Shown piece by piece: positions 1 through 8,325 of a stretch of DNA of 29,902 bases. Numbering within the stretch: the first letter of the stretch is position 1; each line of letters begins with the position of its first letter. Made by a program: the position numbers and the translations under genes. Source of the DNA: a virus (taxonomy: Duplodnaviria; Caudoviricetes); IMG/VR virus record IMGVR_UViG_3300050033_000510, positions 1-29,902 of that record; one strand, given 5' to 3'. A model generated the notes under the pieces. That model was not told the DNA's origin. It did no database searches and was given only the letters and a program-made list of their open reading frames with translations.

Positions 1-70
1 GTTGATTGAAGTTATCGATTACTGGTTTCCACTTATCTAATAGAGATTCCAATATAGGTTTCTTATCCAT
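1..70 (-). CDS. Partial ORF (runs off left edge) with gp23 major-capsid-like N-terminus
   Basis: Not in ORF track. ATG at 70 gives MDKKPILESLLDKWKPVIDNFNQ..., 1 nt after the stop of 72..812. LLDKWKPVI resembles the T4 gp23 N-terminal LLNKWKPLL. Confidence 0.6.
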   Translation of the reverse strand, partial: MDKKPILESLLDKWKPVIDNFNQ

Positions 71-71
71 A

Positions 72-812
72 TTAGTCAACTGTGAATCTGAATACGAATG
101 GTAGATTTGGTTCACCTGTAAGTTCTAGGATCTTAGCTTTGAGTAATTTCCTAGAGTATACATGGTGTAGTTTACCATTTCCGGTTCTAGTATTAGATAC
201 GATACAATCGAAGAAATCTTCTTTGGTGATAGGTTCGGCCACTGGTTCTCCAATAACGAGGTCTATGAACTCTTCAGTTGTTAGTGTTTCTTTGATGTCT
301 AGTTTTTCTTCTAGCGGCTTTAGGAGATTGATTACGATCTTATCTTGTGGATTATGATCTCCAAATAAATCGAAATCATTAAAAGTAACTAATGGGGCTA
401 TTGGCAATATTAAAGAACCTGACTTAGACAGCTTGAAATAAGTCTCTTCGACTTCATATTGAATAGCTTCCATTAAGCACGTAATATGATCAGTACCCAT
501 TACGCATCTTAAATCATTAAAAAGTTGCATATCATATGGTAGAGTTACTTTTTCGTATTCTACTTTACCTGCTTGAATATCATTAAGTGTTCCATTCACT
601 AATAACTTACTGATAGCTCTACCCGCAACAGGGAGTATTAATGAAGAGAATGCTTCTCTATAGTTATTTTCTCCTATACTCTTCGTAAAGAGAGATTGTT
701 CTTCTAGAAAGACTGCTAGGATGTCGTCGCGCCTCGGTGGATACTTTGACATCATGTCAGAATCTAGTACAGCTTTCCATTTCTTGATCAGCGCATCAGT
801 GTTATGTTTCAT
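72..812 (-). CDS. Short degenerate major capsid protein (gp23-like) paralog
   Basis: LIKKWKAVLD..RRDDILAVFLEEQ, LILPVAGRAISKLL and FNDLRCVMGTDHITCLMEAIQYEVEE resemble gp23 motifs (KWxPVL..AxLLENQ; VLIxLVRRAxPxL; QDLKAxHGLDAExEL..I..EI). Only 246 aa. Confidence 0.6.
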   Translation of the reverse strand: MKHNTDALIKKWKAVLDSDMMSKYPPRRDDILAVFLEEQSLFTKSIGENNYREAFSSLILPVAGRAISKLLVNGTLNDIQAGKVEYEKVTLPYDMQLFNDLRCVMGTDHITCLMEAIQYEVEETYFKLSKSGSLILPIAPLVTFNDFDLFGDHNPQDKIVINLLKPLEEKLDIKETLTTEEFIDLVIGEPVAEPITKEDFFDCIVSNTRTGNGKLHHVYSRKLLKAKILELTGEPNLPFVFRFTVD

Positions 813-913
813 GAAAGTATTGTAGCAGCTGCCCTGGCTGGGGTGCTATCTTTTTCTGTTCTAGCTAATTGTTCTGCATTAAAGTCTATCAGCGCATCAG
901 TGTTATGTTTCAT
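809..913 (-). CDS. 34-aa upstream ORF created by the duplication
   Basis: MKHNTDALIDFNAEQLARTEKDSTPARAAATILS*. Its TGA overlaps the ATG of 72..812 (ATGA). Confidence 0.4.
   Translation of the reverse strand: MKHNTDALIDFNAEQLARTEKDSTPARAAATILS
819..827 (-). promoter_or_regulatory. Extended -10 promoter TGCTACAAT (copy 1)
   Basis: TGnTACAAT, 6 nt before ATG 812, no SD. Confidence 0.7.
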
Positions 914-919
914 GAAAGT

Positions 920-928
920 ATTGTAGCA
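920..928 (-). promoter_or_regulatory. Extended -10 promoter TGCTACAAT (copy 2)
   Basis: Second repeat copy, 6 nt before ATG 913. Confidence 0.65.
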
Positions 929-946
929 GCTGCCCTGGCTGGGGTG

Positions 947-953
947 CTAAATA
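947..953 (+). promoter_or_regulatory. T4-like late promoter CTAAATA
   Basis: 6 nt before ATG 960. The same motif precedes the neck and sheath genes. Confidence 0.8.
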
Positions 954-959
954 TGAAAT

Positions 960-3200
960 ATGAAAGTTTTGTATAAAGGTCAGATATATGAAGTATCTAA
1001 TGTTATTTTAGAAGCATACACCAAGGAAGACATCAATAGAATTTACGGATCAGCTATTGAAGAATATGTTAAGAAACATAACTTAGCTAGTAGTAATAAT
1101 AGTGATACTGCCGAAGATTCTTTAGTTAGGCTTGCTCAAGCTAAGCAATATACTATCAATGAAATTGTTGATGTAGATCCTTCGGCTGATAAAAAATACT
1201 TAGGTTCTATTACTAAATGGGTGTTAGAAAAACGTCCAGAGGATTTAAATGCTCAGATTAAAGAATATTTGAAAAAGTTTAAGAGACTATTAGATATTTA
1301 CCCTGGCGGCGACGTAGGTAATCTTTCTAAGGTTTTAGCTAAAGGTAAAATTGGATTCGATGATTTTAAGAATAAGGTTATTGAATTAACTAAGAAATTT
1401 TCAACAAATTTAGATAATCCAGATATTAAAGCAAATGACGCAAATAGTAATTACCATATAGTAAATCAGAATGATAAATATGTATGTTTTGAAATTGATC
1501 GTTGGATTGGAACTGACGACTCAAATGATGGTGATGACAATAAGCATATCTGTTTTAGGGGAGATGTCGATTGGTGTGTAAAGTACCGGGACTATTTTGA
1601 TAGATATAAGCCCCCTTATTATTATTTTATGGAAAAAGCTACAGGCAAAGAATACGCTTTGATGCATATTGGTAGTTCACAGTTAAAGAATATAAGAGAC
1701 ACTCCTCTACAAGAATATGAAGCTGAACCAATTAAAGATCTAATTTATCCTATATTGGAGAAGTATGTAGGTGAAGGTAATGACTTAACCTTTGGTGAAG
1801 ATTTTGATATTTTAATGCCGCTATATGGAGAAGATAAAACTAAGTTTGAAGCGCTGAAGATGTATATTACTTCATGGTTTTCGTACATATCAAATGGAAT
1901 GATTGAACAAATGGATGATTTGATTAAAACGTATAACTTTGATGTTGATGTTAGAGATTCTATCAATAACACCGGGTTAATATTCAACTCAACAATGGAA
2001 AACAATAATAGAGGGAATATTCACAGTACTCCAGAAGTTGCTGATTTTTTACTAAAATCCGGAGCCAATATTAATTTGGTGAACAATCATAAGAAATCGG
2101 CACTATATTATTCGGTCGAACAGCATGATACTGAATTAATACATTTTCTAATAAGTCACGGCGCTAATCCAAATGTAAAGAGTGCGTCTGGAGATTGGAT
2201 GATTGAATATACCCTCAGTAATAATTATGGACTTTTAGAATTACTATTAAAACATGGAGTTGATCCGAACATAGGATATAAAGAAGGAGATAAAGTTGCT
2301 GGTAACTACCCATTAAATGTGGCAATACGAAGAGGCGCTTATGATGCTGTTAAGTTATTATTAGAGGCTGGAGCTAATCCAAATTTGAGATTAGCTGCTA
2401 ACGGGCAAAATAGTTATGATATTGCTTTAAGATTATATTCAAATGGACCTATTACAGAAATAGTTAAAAAATATATGAAGCCCGAGAATATACTAAGTGA
2501 ATCTAAAGTTTTGTATAAGGGTCAAATATATGAAGCTCGTAATTTAAATAGGGTTTCGAGTTATTTGAGTGGTGGTGTTAAGAAGACAATATCTACGGAA
2601 TCTCCACTAAAAGATAATCATGTGGTTACGGTTTATCATGGTATTGCGTATTTGCATGATGTATTAAAGACGTTGACTAATGGAATTGATGGTACTGTAC
2701 CTGTTCAGCGTAAGGATGATTACGAAAATATAGATAATCCTAAGGGTTTATTTGTTACGCCTTCACTAAAGACTGCAGAGTATTTTGCTAATTCTGGTTA
2801 TATTATTGAATTCAATTGTAAGGTTTCTGATTTAGAGGCTCCACTGTGGAGTGTTGAAGGTCATAATGTCCAGAGTAATAGAGAAGGTGTTAGGTCTAAG
2901 TTAAGACAGAAGCATTCAGGATCTACTCATCCATTCATTAGTGGCGCAGACAGGCCCGAATTAGCCGAGATCTTTTCAAAGGGTGTAGAGCCACAGGCTT
3001 TGTTCATTGGACGCCTACAACCTAACCAGATCAAGGCCATATGGTATAATTCGAACAACGACCTCAGCACTAATGAAAGAGACGCTTCAACTGATTCTTG
3101 GAATAGAATTAGTCGAAATGATGCTATTAAGCAAGTAAAGAAAGTATCTGATAAGGATCTACAGGAAATTAAGGATATAGATTTACATACTGGAGTTTAA
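960..3200 (+). CDS. Tagged multidomain protein: unknown N-terminal domain, ankyrin repeats, second tag, ADP-ribosyltransferase-like domain
   Basis: N-terminal MKVLYKGQIYEV. Ankyrin repeats (FLLKSGANIN, LLLKHGVDPN, PLNVAIRRG..VKLLLEAGANPN). Internal KVLYKGQIYEA, then TVYHG...GLFVTPSLKTAEYFA...EPQALF (ART-like). Confidence 0.75.
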   Translation: MKVLYKGQIYEVSNVILEAYTKEDINRIYGSAIEEYVKKHNLASSNNSDTAEDSLVRLAQAKQYTINEIVDVDPSADKKYLGSITKWVLEKRPEDLNAQIKEYLKKFKRLLDIYPGGDVGNLSKVLAKGKIGFDDFKNKVIELTKKFSTNLDNPDIKANDANSNYHIVNQNDKYVCFEIDRWIGTDDSNDGDDNKHICFRGDVDWCVKYRDYFDRYKPPYYYFMEKATGKEYALMHIGSSQLKNIRDTPLQEYEAEPIKDLIYPILEKYVGEGNDLTFGEDFDILMPLYGEDKTKFEALKMYITSWFSYISNGMIEQMDDLIKTYNFDVDVRDSINNTGLIFNSTMENNNRGNIHSTPEVADFLLKSGANINLVNNHKKSALYYSVEQHDTELIHFLISHGANPNVKSASGDWMIEYTLSNNYGLLELLLKHGVDPNIGYKEGDKVAGNYPLNVAIRRGAYDAVKLLLEAGANPNLRLAANGQNSYDIALRLYSNGPITEIVKKYMKPENILSESKVLYKGQIYEARNLNRVSSYLSGGVKKTISTESPLKDNHVVTVYHGIAYLHDVLKTLTNGIDGTVPVQRKDDYENIDNPKGLFVTPSLKTAEYFANSGYIIEFNCKVSDLEAPLWSVEGHNVQSNREGVRSKLRQKHSGSTHPFISGADRPELAEIFSKGVEPQALFIGRLQPNQIKAIWYNSNNDLSTNERDASTDSWNRISRNDAIKQVKKVSDKDLQEIKDIDLHTGV

Positions 3201-3311
3201 TTAGCCTTCGCTATTTGTTTTCCTGTATTCATCCCAATCAATATCACATAACCAATAAACACCATACATTATTAGTGCGACCAATATTATACCTAGAAGG
3301 TCAAGTAGCAT
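3201..3311 (-). CDS. 36-aa single-TM protein
   Basis: Not in ORF track. MLLDLLGIILVALIMYGVYWLCDIDWDEYRKTNSEG*, SD AAGGA, TATAAT at 3335-3340; fills the gap exactly. Confidence 0.7.
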   Translation of the reverse strand: MLLDLLGIILVALIMYGVYWLCDIDWDEYRKTNSEG

Positions 3312-3345
3312 ATGTAAGTTCCTTGTCTACGAGTATTATAGCTGA

Positions 3346-3352
3346 CTAAATA
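3346..3352 (+). promoter_or_regulatory. Late promoter CTAAATA
   Basis: 5 nt before ATG 3358. Confidence 0.8.
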
Positions 3353-3357
3353 GAAAG

Positions 3358-4278
3358 ATGAAGATTTTGTATAGAGGATATTTGTATGAAGCTGTTGAGA
3401 ATCTAGCAGCTTTCCAAAATTCTCTCAGGGTTAAGTATGGTATTGATCTCGATTTATTGGCTGACAATAAGGGTGGGATTGTAATTAGTAAGATTGTAGT
3501 ACCTAAAGAGTCTAGAGGTTCTGGAGTTGGAAGTAATGTTATGCATGAGATTGTTCAGCACGCTGATACTCTGGGGGTTCCTCTATATTTGAGTCCAGCC
3601 GATAAGAAAGATGGCTGGGGTACTACATCAAAGGATAGACTAATTCAATTCTATAAGCAATTTGGATTTGTTGAAAATAAGGGTCGTAATAGAGATTTCA
3701 GATTTAGTTACAGTATGTATAGGCTTCCGAAAAAATCGACATTAATGGAAATGCCTAATAGAATCAATTCACTTGAAGACGATGATGATTACCGTTTGAA
3801 GGAAATCGAGAAGATGGCTGACGCCACAGAAGAGGTAGATTCTCAGTACTACCAGGGAACTGATTGGAGTATTCGAGAATATAAGAGCGAGCCCACCCGA
3901 GGAATGCTTTACATTACAGATAAAGATCAGCCTGTTGGGTATGTGAAATTCAATAAGTTTCATAGTATACCTAATGCAATATGGATTCAATTCACATATC
4001 TAATTGAGAATAGTCGAGGTGAAGGATTAATGTCTAAAGGGTATGAATACCTATTGAATTATTTCGGCGCTTTAGTGTCTGACACTGACATCACTGATGA
4101 TAGTGCAAACTTATATTACAAGTTATCTCAGAAATATAAGAGTGGAATATTCAACAATAGGACTAAAGAATTCAAGGAAATGAAATTCGATAGTCCTGAA
4201 TATTTACAAATAGAAAAGGAGGCTCACATTGCTGGAACCTCCAAAGATATACTATGGGTTATTATTAAGAATCCCTAG
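3358..4278 (+). CDS. Tagged tandem GNAT acetyltransferase
   Basis: MKILYRGYLYEA tag. Two acetyl-CoA motifs: VVPKESRGSGVGS...FYKQFGF and YLIENSRGEGLMS...NLYYKL. Confidence 0.8.
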   Translation: MKILYRGYLYEAVENLAAFQNSLRVKYGIDLDLLADNKGGIVISKIVVPKESRGSGVGSNVMHEIVQHADTLGVPLYLSPADKKDGWGTTSKDRLIQFYKQFGFVENKGRNRDFRFSYSMYRLPKKSTLMEMPNRINSLEDDDDYRLKEIEKMADATEEVDSQYYQGTDWSIREYKSEPTRGMLYITDKDQPVGYVKFNKFHSIPNAIWIQFTYLIENSRGEGLMSKGYEYLLNYFGALVSDTDITDDSANLYYKLSQKYKSGIFNNRTKEFKEMKFDSPEYLQIEKEAHIAGTSKDILWVIIKNP

Positions 4279-4606
4279 GCTTTAGCTTCCATGTACGCAT
4301 CACGAGATTACCAAGATAATTCCAGAATCGTATATTCTTTATTTTGATGTAACTGTATATATTTGTTTCATAGTATTTTTCATATACGAAACAAACAAAT
4401 CGTACAATTGAAATTGTAAAAGCCAATACGAATACAATTAGCGACCAACACAATCCGAAGAATCCAGACCAGAACATAATTTCAACATCATAATACGAGA
4501 ATGAGGTCATGCCGAATATCTTATCGATTGCGGGTGCTATGATAAAACCATTAAGCAACCCTGCCCCGAAATAGCAGAGTATCAAAATAAGAAATCCGTA
4601 TATCAT
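4265..4606 (-). CDS. Small membrane protein
   Basis: Two hydrophobic segments; overlaps the upstream ORF by 4 nt. Confidence 0.7.
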   Translation of the reverse strand: MIYGFLILILCYFGAGLLNGFIIAPAIDKIFGMTSFSYYDVEIMFWSGFFGLCWSLIVFVLAFTISIVRFVCFVYEKYYETNIYSYIKIKNIRFWNYLGNLVMRTWKLKPRDS

Positions 4607-4830
4607 CGCTTAACCTTTTTCTTATTCTTTGAAGATTCAATTGCCAATTGGTTTAGATAATAAATCATAAATCCTAATGTGAAGAATGGTGCCAACAATA
4701 TAGCGCCAATGAAAAACAAAGTTCCATCGTCAGAGTTTAAGCTGTCAAACATTTCACTATTACACATATATAATATGTTGATTAGTAAACAGGTTACTCC
4801 AATTACAAGTAATACAATTCCAATTGTCAT
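4603..4830 (-). CDS. Small two-TM protein
   Basis: Two TMs and a basic tail; ATGA coupling. Confidence 0.7.
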   Translation of the reverse strand: MTIGIVLLVIGVTCLLINILYMCNSEMFDSLNSDDGTLFFIGAILLAPFFTLGFMIYYLNQLAIESSKNKKKVKR

Positions 4831-5054
4831 TTCTTACCTTTCTTTTTCATGTTACCGTATGATTTCTCTAGAGTGCCTATGATAATAGCAGTAGCCATTG
4901 CGGGTGCTGCAATTATTGCAACGAGGTACATTTCATCCGAATATGCAAACCTCTTATTACTTTTTCTTTGTAAGTAGATGTATATGCATGAAACTATCGC
5001 AGAGGTCAGCCAGACTACAGCTAATATAGCTCCATTACGCATGAGTTCTCCCAT
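4827..5054 (-). CDS. Small two-TM protein (start possibly 5042)
   Basis: Two TMs and a basic tail, same architecture as 4603..4830. GGAG precedes ATG 5042. Confidence 0.7.
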   Translation of the reverse strand: MGELMRNGAILAVVWLTSAIVSCIYIYLQRKSNKRFAYSDEMYLVAIIAAPAMATAIIIGTLEKSYGNMKKKGKK

Positions 5055-5064
5055 TCATAGGTTC

Positions 5065-5093
5065 AAGATACTATACGCCCAATGCACTGTCAC
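5065..5093 (-). promoter_or_regulatory. Sigma70-type promoter GTGACA-N17-TATCTT
   Basis: 17-nt spacer; same TAGTATCTT box as at 12080 and 12140. Confidence 0.6.
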
Positions 5094-5104
5094 CTACTTT
5101 ATAA

Positions 5105-5111
5105 CTAAATA
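5105..5111 (+). promoter_or_regulatory. Late promoter CTAAATA
   Basis: 6 nt before ATG 5118. Confidence 0.8.
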
Positions 5112-5117
5112 TCCGGT

Positions 5118-5750
5118 ATGAAACTCGCTTATAGAAATTTCCTATATGAGGCTATAGATTTAGAGAATATTGTAGTGGATGGGACACCTAGACAAAATAA
5201 GAATTCCCTCGGTGAATATATAGCAGCGTCTAAAGAGTCTATTGAGAATTTTTGGAAATGGTTTGGAAATTCACAGACGGTTGATGAGCAGGGGCGACCT
5301 GTAGTTTTCTATCATGGGTCATATCAGGAATTTGATGAATTCGAGCATCCTTGGGACCGAGAAGAAACTGAAGATTATTCTGAGGGGTACAATGGGGGTA
5401 ATCTAGGTGTTGGTTTCTATTTTACCAAGAATCATGAATACGCTTCTAGATTTGGTAAGCCTGGAAAATACTACTTAAGAATAACTAACCTTTACGATTT
5501 GGCGAATGAAACCAATATTAGTGAATTGAATTCTAGATTTGAAGAAGAAAAAGACGATCTAATGTATGGCGCGATTGGTGAAGTTATTGATGACGTAATG
5601 AATGAAAAGCATTATGATGGAGCGTATGCTCAGGGTGCGGGTGGGCTTTCATATGGGGCCGACGAATGGAAGGTCATTAAGGGTTCTCAGGTGAAATCAG
5701 TAAATAACAGTGGCTCATTCTCAAATGGTAATAAGTTTGCAAAGGAATAA
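5118..5750 (+). CDS. Tagged ADP-ribosyltransferase-like protein (ART-PolyVal type)
   Basis: MKLAYRNFLYEA; NFWKWFGNSQTVDEQGRPVVFYHGS, LGVGFYFT, YYLRITN, YDG, DEWKV..SQVKS. Confidence 0.75.
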   Translation: MKLAYRNFLYEAIDLENIVVDGTPRQNKNSLGEYIAASKESIENFWKWFGNSQTVDEQGRPVVFYHGSYQEFDEFEHPWDREETEDYSEGYNGGNLGVGFYFTKNHEYASRFGKPGKYYLRITNLYDLANETNISELNSRFEEEKDDLMYGAIGEVIDDVMNEKHYDGAYAQGAGGLSYGADEWKVIKGSQVKSVNNSGSFSNGNKFAKE

Positions 5751-5751
5751 A

Positions 5752-6687
5752 ATGAAGTTACTATATCGAAATTACCTATACGAAGCGGTTTCATATGAAC
5801 AGACTCCGGCCTTCAAGGCTTGGTTTGGTGATTCCAAGGTCAAGGATGACGAAGGCCAGCCATTGAATGTATACCATGGAAGTACGCACGATTTTGATAC
5901 TTTCGATTTGAAAAAGACTTATGTTGAGGCTTATGTTGGGGGTGGATTCTATTTCACTGCTAATCCGTATGATGCAAGCGAAAACTATGCAGGTAAAGGC
6001 CCGGATGCCGAGAATAAGATTTCCCAGATTGTAGATAATGTGAATTCATACTATGATACTGATATTGCTGAGATGCTAGGAATAACTGATGAAGAATTAG
6101 ACTCAGCTAGAGAAGATGACACTCTAGACGGATTGATAAAGAATTACGCAGAGAAGAAGATAATGGGTGAAAATCCAGTTCCTAATATAATGCCTGTTTA
6201 TCTGAGAATGGTTAATCCTTTCTACATTGGAGATAATTTCAAGCAGTATTTTGAATATTACATACCATTCGATGAAGAAACTGGAGTTGAAGGTGAACCT
6301 GAAGGCGATGGGGTTTGTCTAATAACTAATCTAACCGATGATATTAATGAATTGGATTTACGAGATAATGCTGCAACATTAGCTAAGCTAATGGAAGAAC
6401 TAGAACCAATAGATGGATTTAACTCAACTCAGTTCTTTAATGCTATAAAGGATTGTGAAGCATTAATAGACGCGACAGATGACAATGGAGATAGGATAGG
6501 TCCTGGTAATTTCTTTAAGGACATAATTCTAAAATGCGGATTTGATGGTGTTATTATGGATTCTTCTATATTCCGTAATATGCCAGGAGCTGCGAATAAT
6601 CTTCACTATATTGTATATAGTCCAAATCAGGTCAAGTCGATATTCAATAAGAATCCGACTAATGACCCGAGCGTGACTAAAGAATAA
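5752..6687 (+). CDS. Tagged ADP-ribosyltransferase-like protein (ART-PolyVal type)
   Basis: Start reassigned from 5710 to ATG 5752 (SD AAGGA, tag MKLLYRNYLYEA). FKAWFGDSKVKDDEGQPLNVYHGS, GGGFYFT, MPVYLRMVNP, GFDGVI, YIVYSPNQVKS. Confidence 0.78.
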   Translation: MKLLYRNYLYEAVSYEQTPAFKAWFGDSKVKDDEGQPLNVYHGSTHDFDTFDLKKTYVEAYVGGGFYFTANPYDASENYAGKGPDAENKISQIVDNVNSYYDTDIAEMLGITDEELDSAREDDTLDGLIKNYAEKKIMGENPVPNIMPVYLRMVNPFYIGDNFKQYFEYYIPFDEETGVEGEPEGDGVCLITNLTDDINELDLRDNAATLAKLMEELEPIDGFNSTQFFNAIKDCEALIDATDDNGDRIGPGNFFKDIILKCGFDGVIMDSSIFRNMPGAANNLHYIVYSPNQVKSIFNKNPTNDPSVTKE

Positions 6688-7800
6688 TTACTTACCGTGT
6701 AGGAAAAAGTATAATAGTTCTGAGTCTTTTTCACTCACAACATTATGGTCTTCAGCTTTCTCAAGTGAAGCAACAAATAAAGAAGTCAATTTGAGTTCAT
6801 CTTTATAGTTGTAGAACAGATCTAGTTTCGTTTCTAAAGGCTTAATTCCAATATGTACCTTGCTAGGCGACACGAACTTGAAGGCTGATATTACTCCAAC
6901 TATTTTAGTTAAGTCCATATAATGTTCGAAATTAGTCAAAGACTCATTCAATGGAACGTATCCTTGGCCATCTAATACTTTTTCGGTGAGCCACTTCAAT
7001 ATCTGATTAATATGATACTGAGTATACTTGACATTATTAGCATTGATTTCATCTGGCACTATACCGCATTCAAACCATGCAAGACCATCGTCGTGAATAT
7101 CGGAATCCTTATGAGCTACTTCTTCAAAAGTATCAACTCCGATTGGTAATTCTTTTTCTTGCGCTTCGTTATTCATCTCTACTATCCTCCGGGGGTCTAA
7201 TTTTATTAGATAAGCATTTTTATCCAAGTTAAAAGCCCAAACTAATCTATTGCTAGTAGATCCATCTTTTTCATACATGAAATGGAAAGGCTGATTGAAA
7301 GATCTTTCGCTTCCACTAAACATAATCATTTCATCTATATTCAAATATTCACACACTATAAAATCTAAGAATTTATTTACGTGTAATCCTTTGAAATTGT
7401 TTTTATTTTCAGCTCTATTATCTATAGCGAATGGTAATTTTATCAGCTTATCATATATTTCCTTAGATATGTAAACAACCTTACCGGCTGAATGTCTACT
7501 ATCAATTCTCATTCTGTTAGATATTCTAAGTATATCGTTAAATGTATCTGCTATATTTTGGTCACATTTGATCTCGAATACGTTTTTCAACGCCTTCAAT
7601 TCATTTATTATCAAAGTGAACAAATAGGAATCAATGTCTTTTATGTTTTCGGCAATTTTCGTTTTAACTTCTACTTTACGCACCATTAAGTGGGTGCTTA
7701 GCATATTATCTTCATCCTGTTTAAGTACATATTCAGAAAACCAACCGATTCGATCTGGGTTAGTTAGTACTTCGTAAATTTTTAATAGTTTAGGTCCCAT
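6688..7800 (-). CDS. Degenerate gp23 capsid-core-like domain fused to degenerate gp21 prohead-protease-like domain
   Basis: ILRISNRMRIDSRHSAGKVVYISKEIYDKL ~ gp23 IExEANxIAxxTRRGxGNFIIxSxxVASAL. PDEINANNVKYT...MDLTKIVGVI...IKPLETK ~ gp21 DxxNxNGRxY...INLxxVSHxI...ILxTP. Confidence 0.5.
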   Translation of the reverse strand: MGPKLLKIYEVLTNPDRIGWFSEYVLKQDEDNMLSTHLMVRKVEVKTKIAENIKDIDSYLFTLIINELKALKNVFEIKCDQNIADTFNDILRISNRMRIDSRHSAGKVVYISKEIYDKLIKLPFAIDNRAENKNNFKGLHVNKFLDFIVCEYLNIDEMIMFSGSERSFNQPFHFMYEKDGSTSNRLVWAFNLDKNAYLIKLDPRRIVEMNNEAQEKELPIGVDTFEEVAHKDSDIHDDGLAWFECGIVPDEINANNVKYTQYHINQILKWLTEKVLDGQGYVPLNESLTNFEHYMDLTKIVGVISAFKFVSPSKVHIGIKPLETKLDLFYNYKDELKLTSLFVASLEKAEDHNVVSEKDSELLYFFLHGK

Positions 7801-7801
7801 G

Positions 7802-7999
7802 CTAGTCTACTCCATATCCAATTTCGACCCAGCCTTCAACTGCAGGGCATCCTGGTCTAACGCGAAAGCGCCTATATTCTTCGACAATCTTAGCTCTTTC
7901 AAGCCATCGAGTGTCACCCTTGAAAGCACGAGGAAGTAGTAGAAACTTAATTTTAACTCTAGTGTTGCCTATTTCTGGGCAATTAGATTTCCATTTCAT
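7802..7999 (-). CDS. Small basic hypothetical protein
   Basis: SD GAGGT; tight operon spacing. Confidence 0.7.
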   Translation of the reverse strand: MKWKSNCPEIGNTRVKIKFLLLPRAFKGDTRWLERAKIVEEYRRFRVRPGCPAVEGWVEIGYGVD

Positions 8000-8018
8000 C
8001 TCTACTACCTCACCTTTT

Positions 8019-8252
8019 TTACTTATGCTTCTTCTTGGAAACCTTAGTCTTGGTGGTATCTACCTTCTTAGCAGTATCAACCTTGACAGTGTCCTTCTTG
8101 GTGGTGTCTACCTTGACGGTATCCTTCTTGAGGGTATCAACCACTGCAGTGGTGTCACCCTTGCTAGCAGGTCCACTATCCTTACAGGAGAGGACTGTTC
8201 CTCCGAGAGCTAGACAACCAACCAAAAGCAATGCCAAATGCGACTTCTTCAT
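8019..8252 (-). CDS. Small lipoprotein with DT-rich repeats
   Basis: MKK + hydrophobic core + VLS-C lipobox; KKDTVKVDT repeats; SD AAAGGT. Confidence 0.8.
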   Translation of the reverse strand: MKKSHLALLLVGCLALGGTVLSCKDSGPASKGDTTAVVDTLKKDTVKVDTTKKDTVKVDTAKKVDTTKTKVSKKKHK

Positions 8253-8294
8253 CTTTTTACCTTTCTATTTGAGCCCTATGCGACTCTACTTGGC

Positions 8295-8303
8295 ATTGTA
8301 GCA
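8295..8303 (-). promoter_or_regulatory. Extended -10 promoter TGCTACAAT
   Basis: Heads the 8252-6688 operon. Confidence 0.7.
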
Positions 8304-8313
8304 GCCCTTCAGC

Positions 8314-8320
8314 CTAAATA
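8314..8320 (+). promoter_or_regulatory. Late promoter CTAAATA
   Basis: CTAAATATCCAC-ATG, 5-nt spacer. Confidence 0.8.
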
Positions 8321-8325
8321 TCCAC

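Larger units (their letters stand above)
787..949. repeat. Perfect 62-bp direct repeat (787-848 and 888-949)
   Basis: ATCAGCGCATCAGTG...GGGGTGCTA occurs twice, offset by 101 nt. It covers the promoter and first ~9 codons of 72..812. Confidence 0.95.

Noticed and set aside
787-949. Direct repeat as a CRISPR array or att site
   Set aside because: Only two 62-bp copies containing a promoter and coding start; no cas or integrase gene in the window.
1900-2470. Ankyrin repeats as evidence of a eukaryotic giant virus
   Set aside because: T4-like terminase, neck and sheath genes plus bacterial promoters and SD sites indicate a bacteriophage.
5710-5751. N-terminal extension of ORF 5710..6687
   Set aside because: It overlaps the upstream gene; the SD and tag point to ATG 5752.
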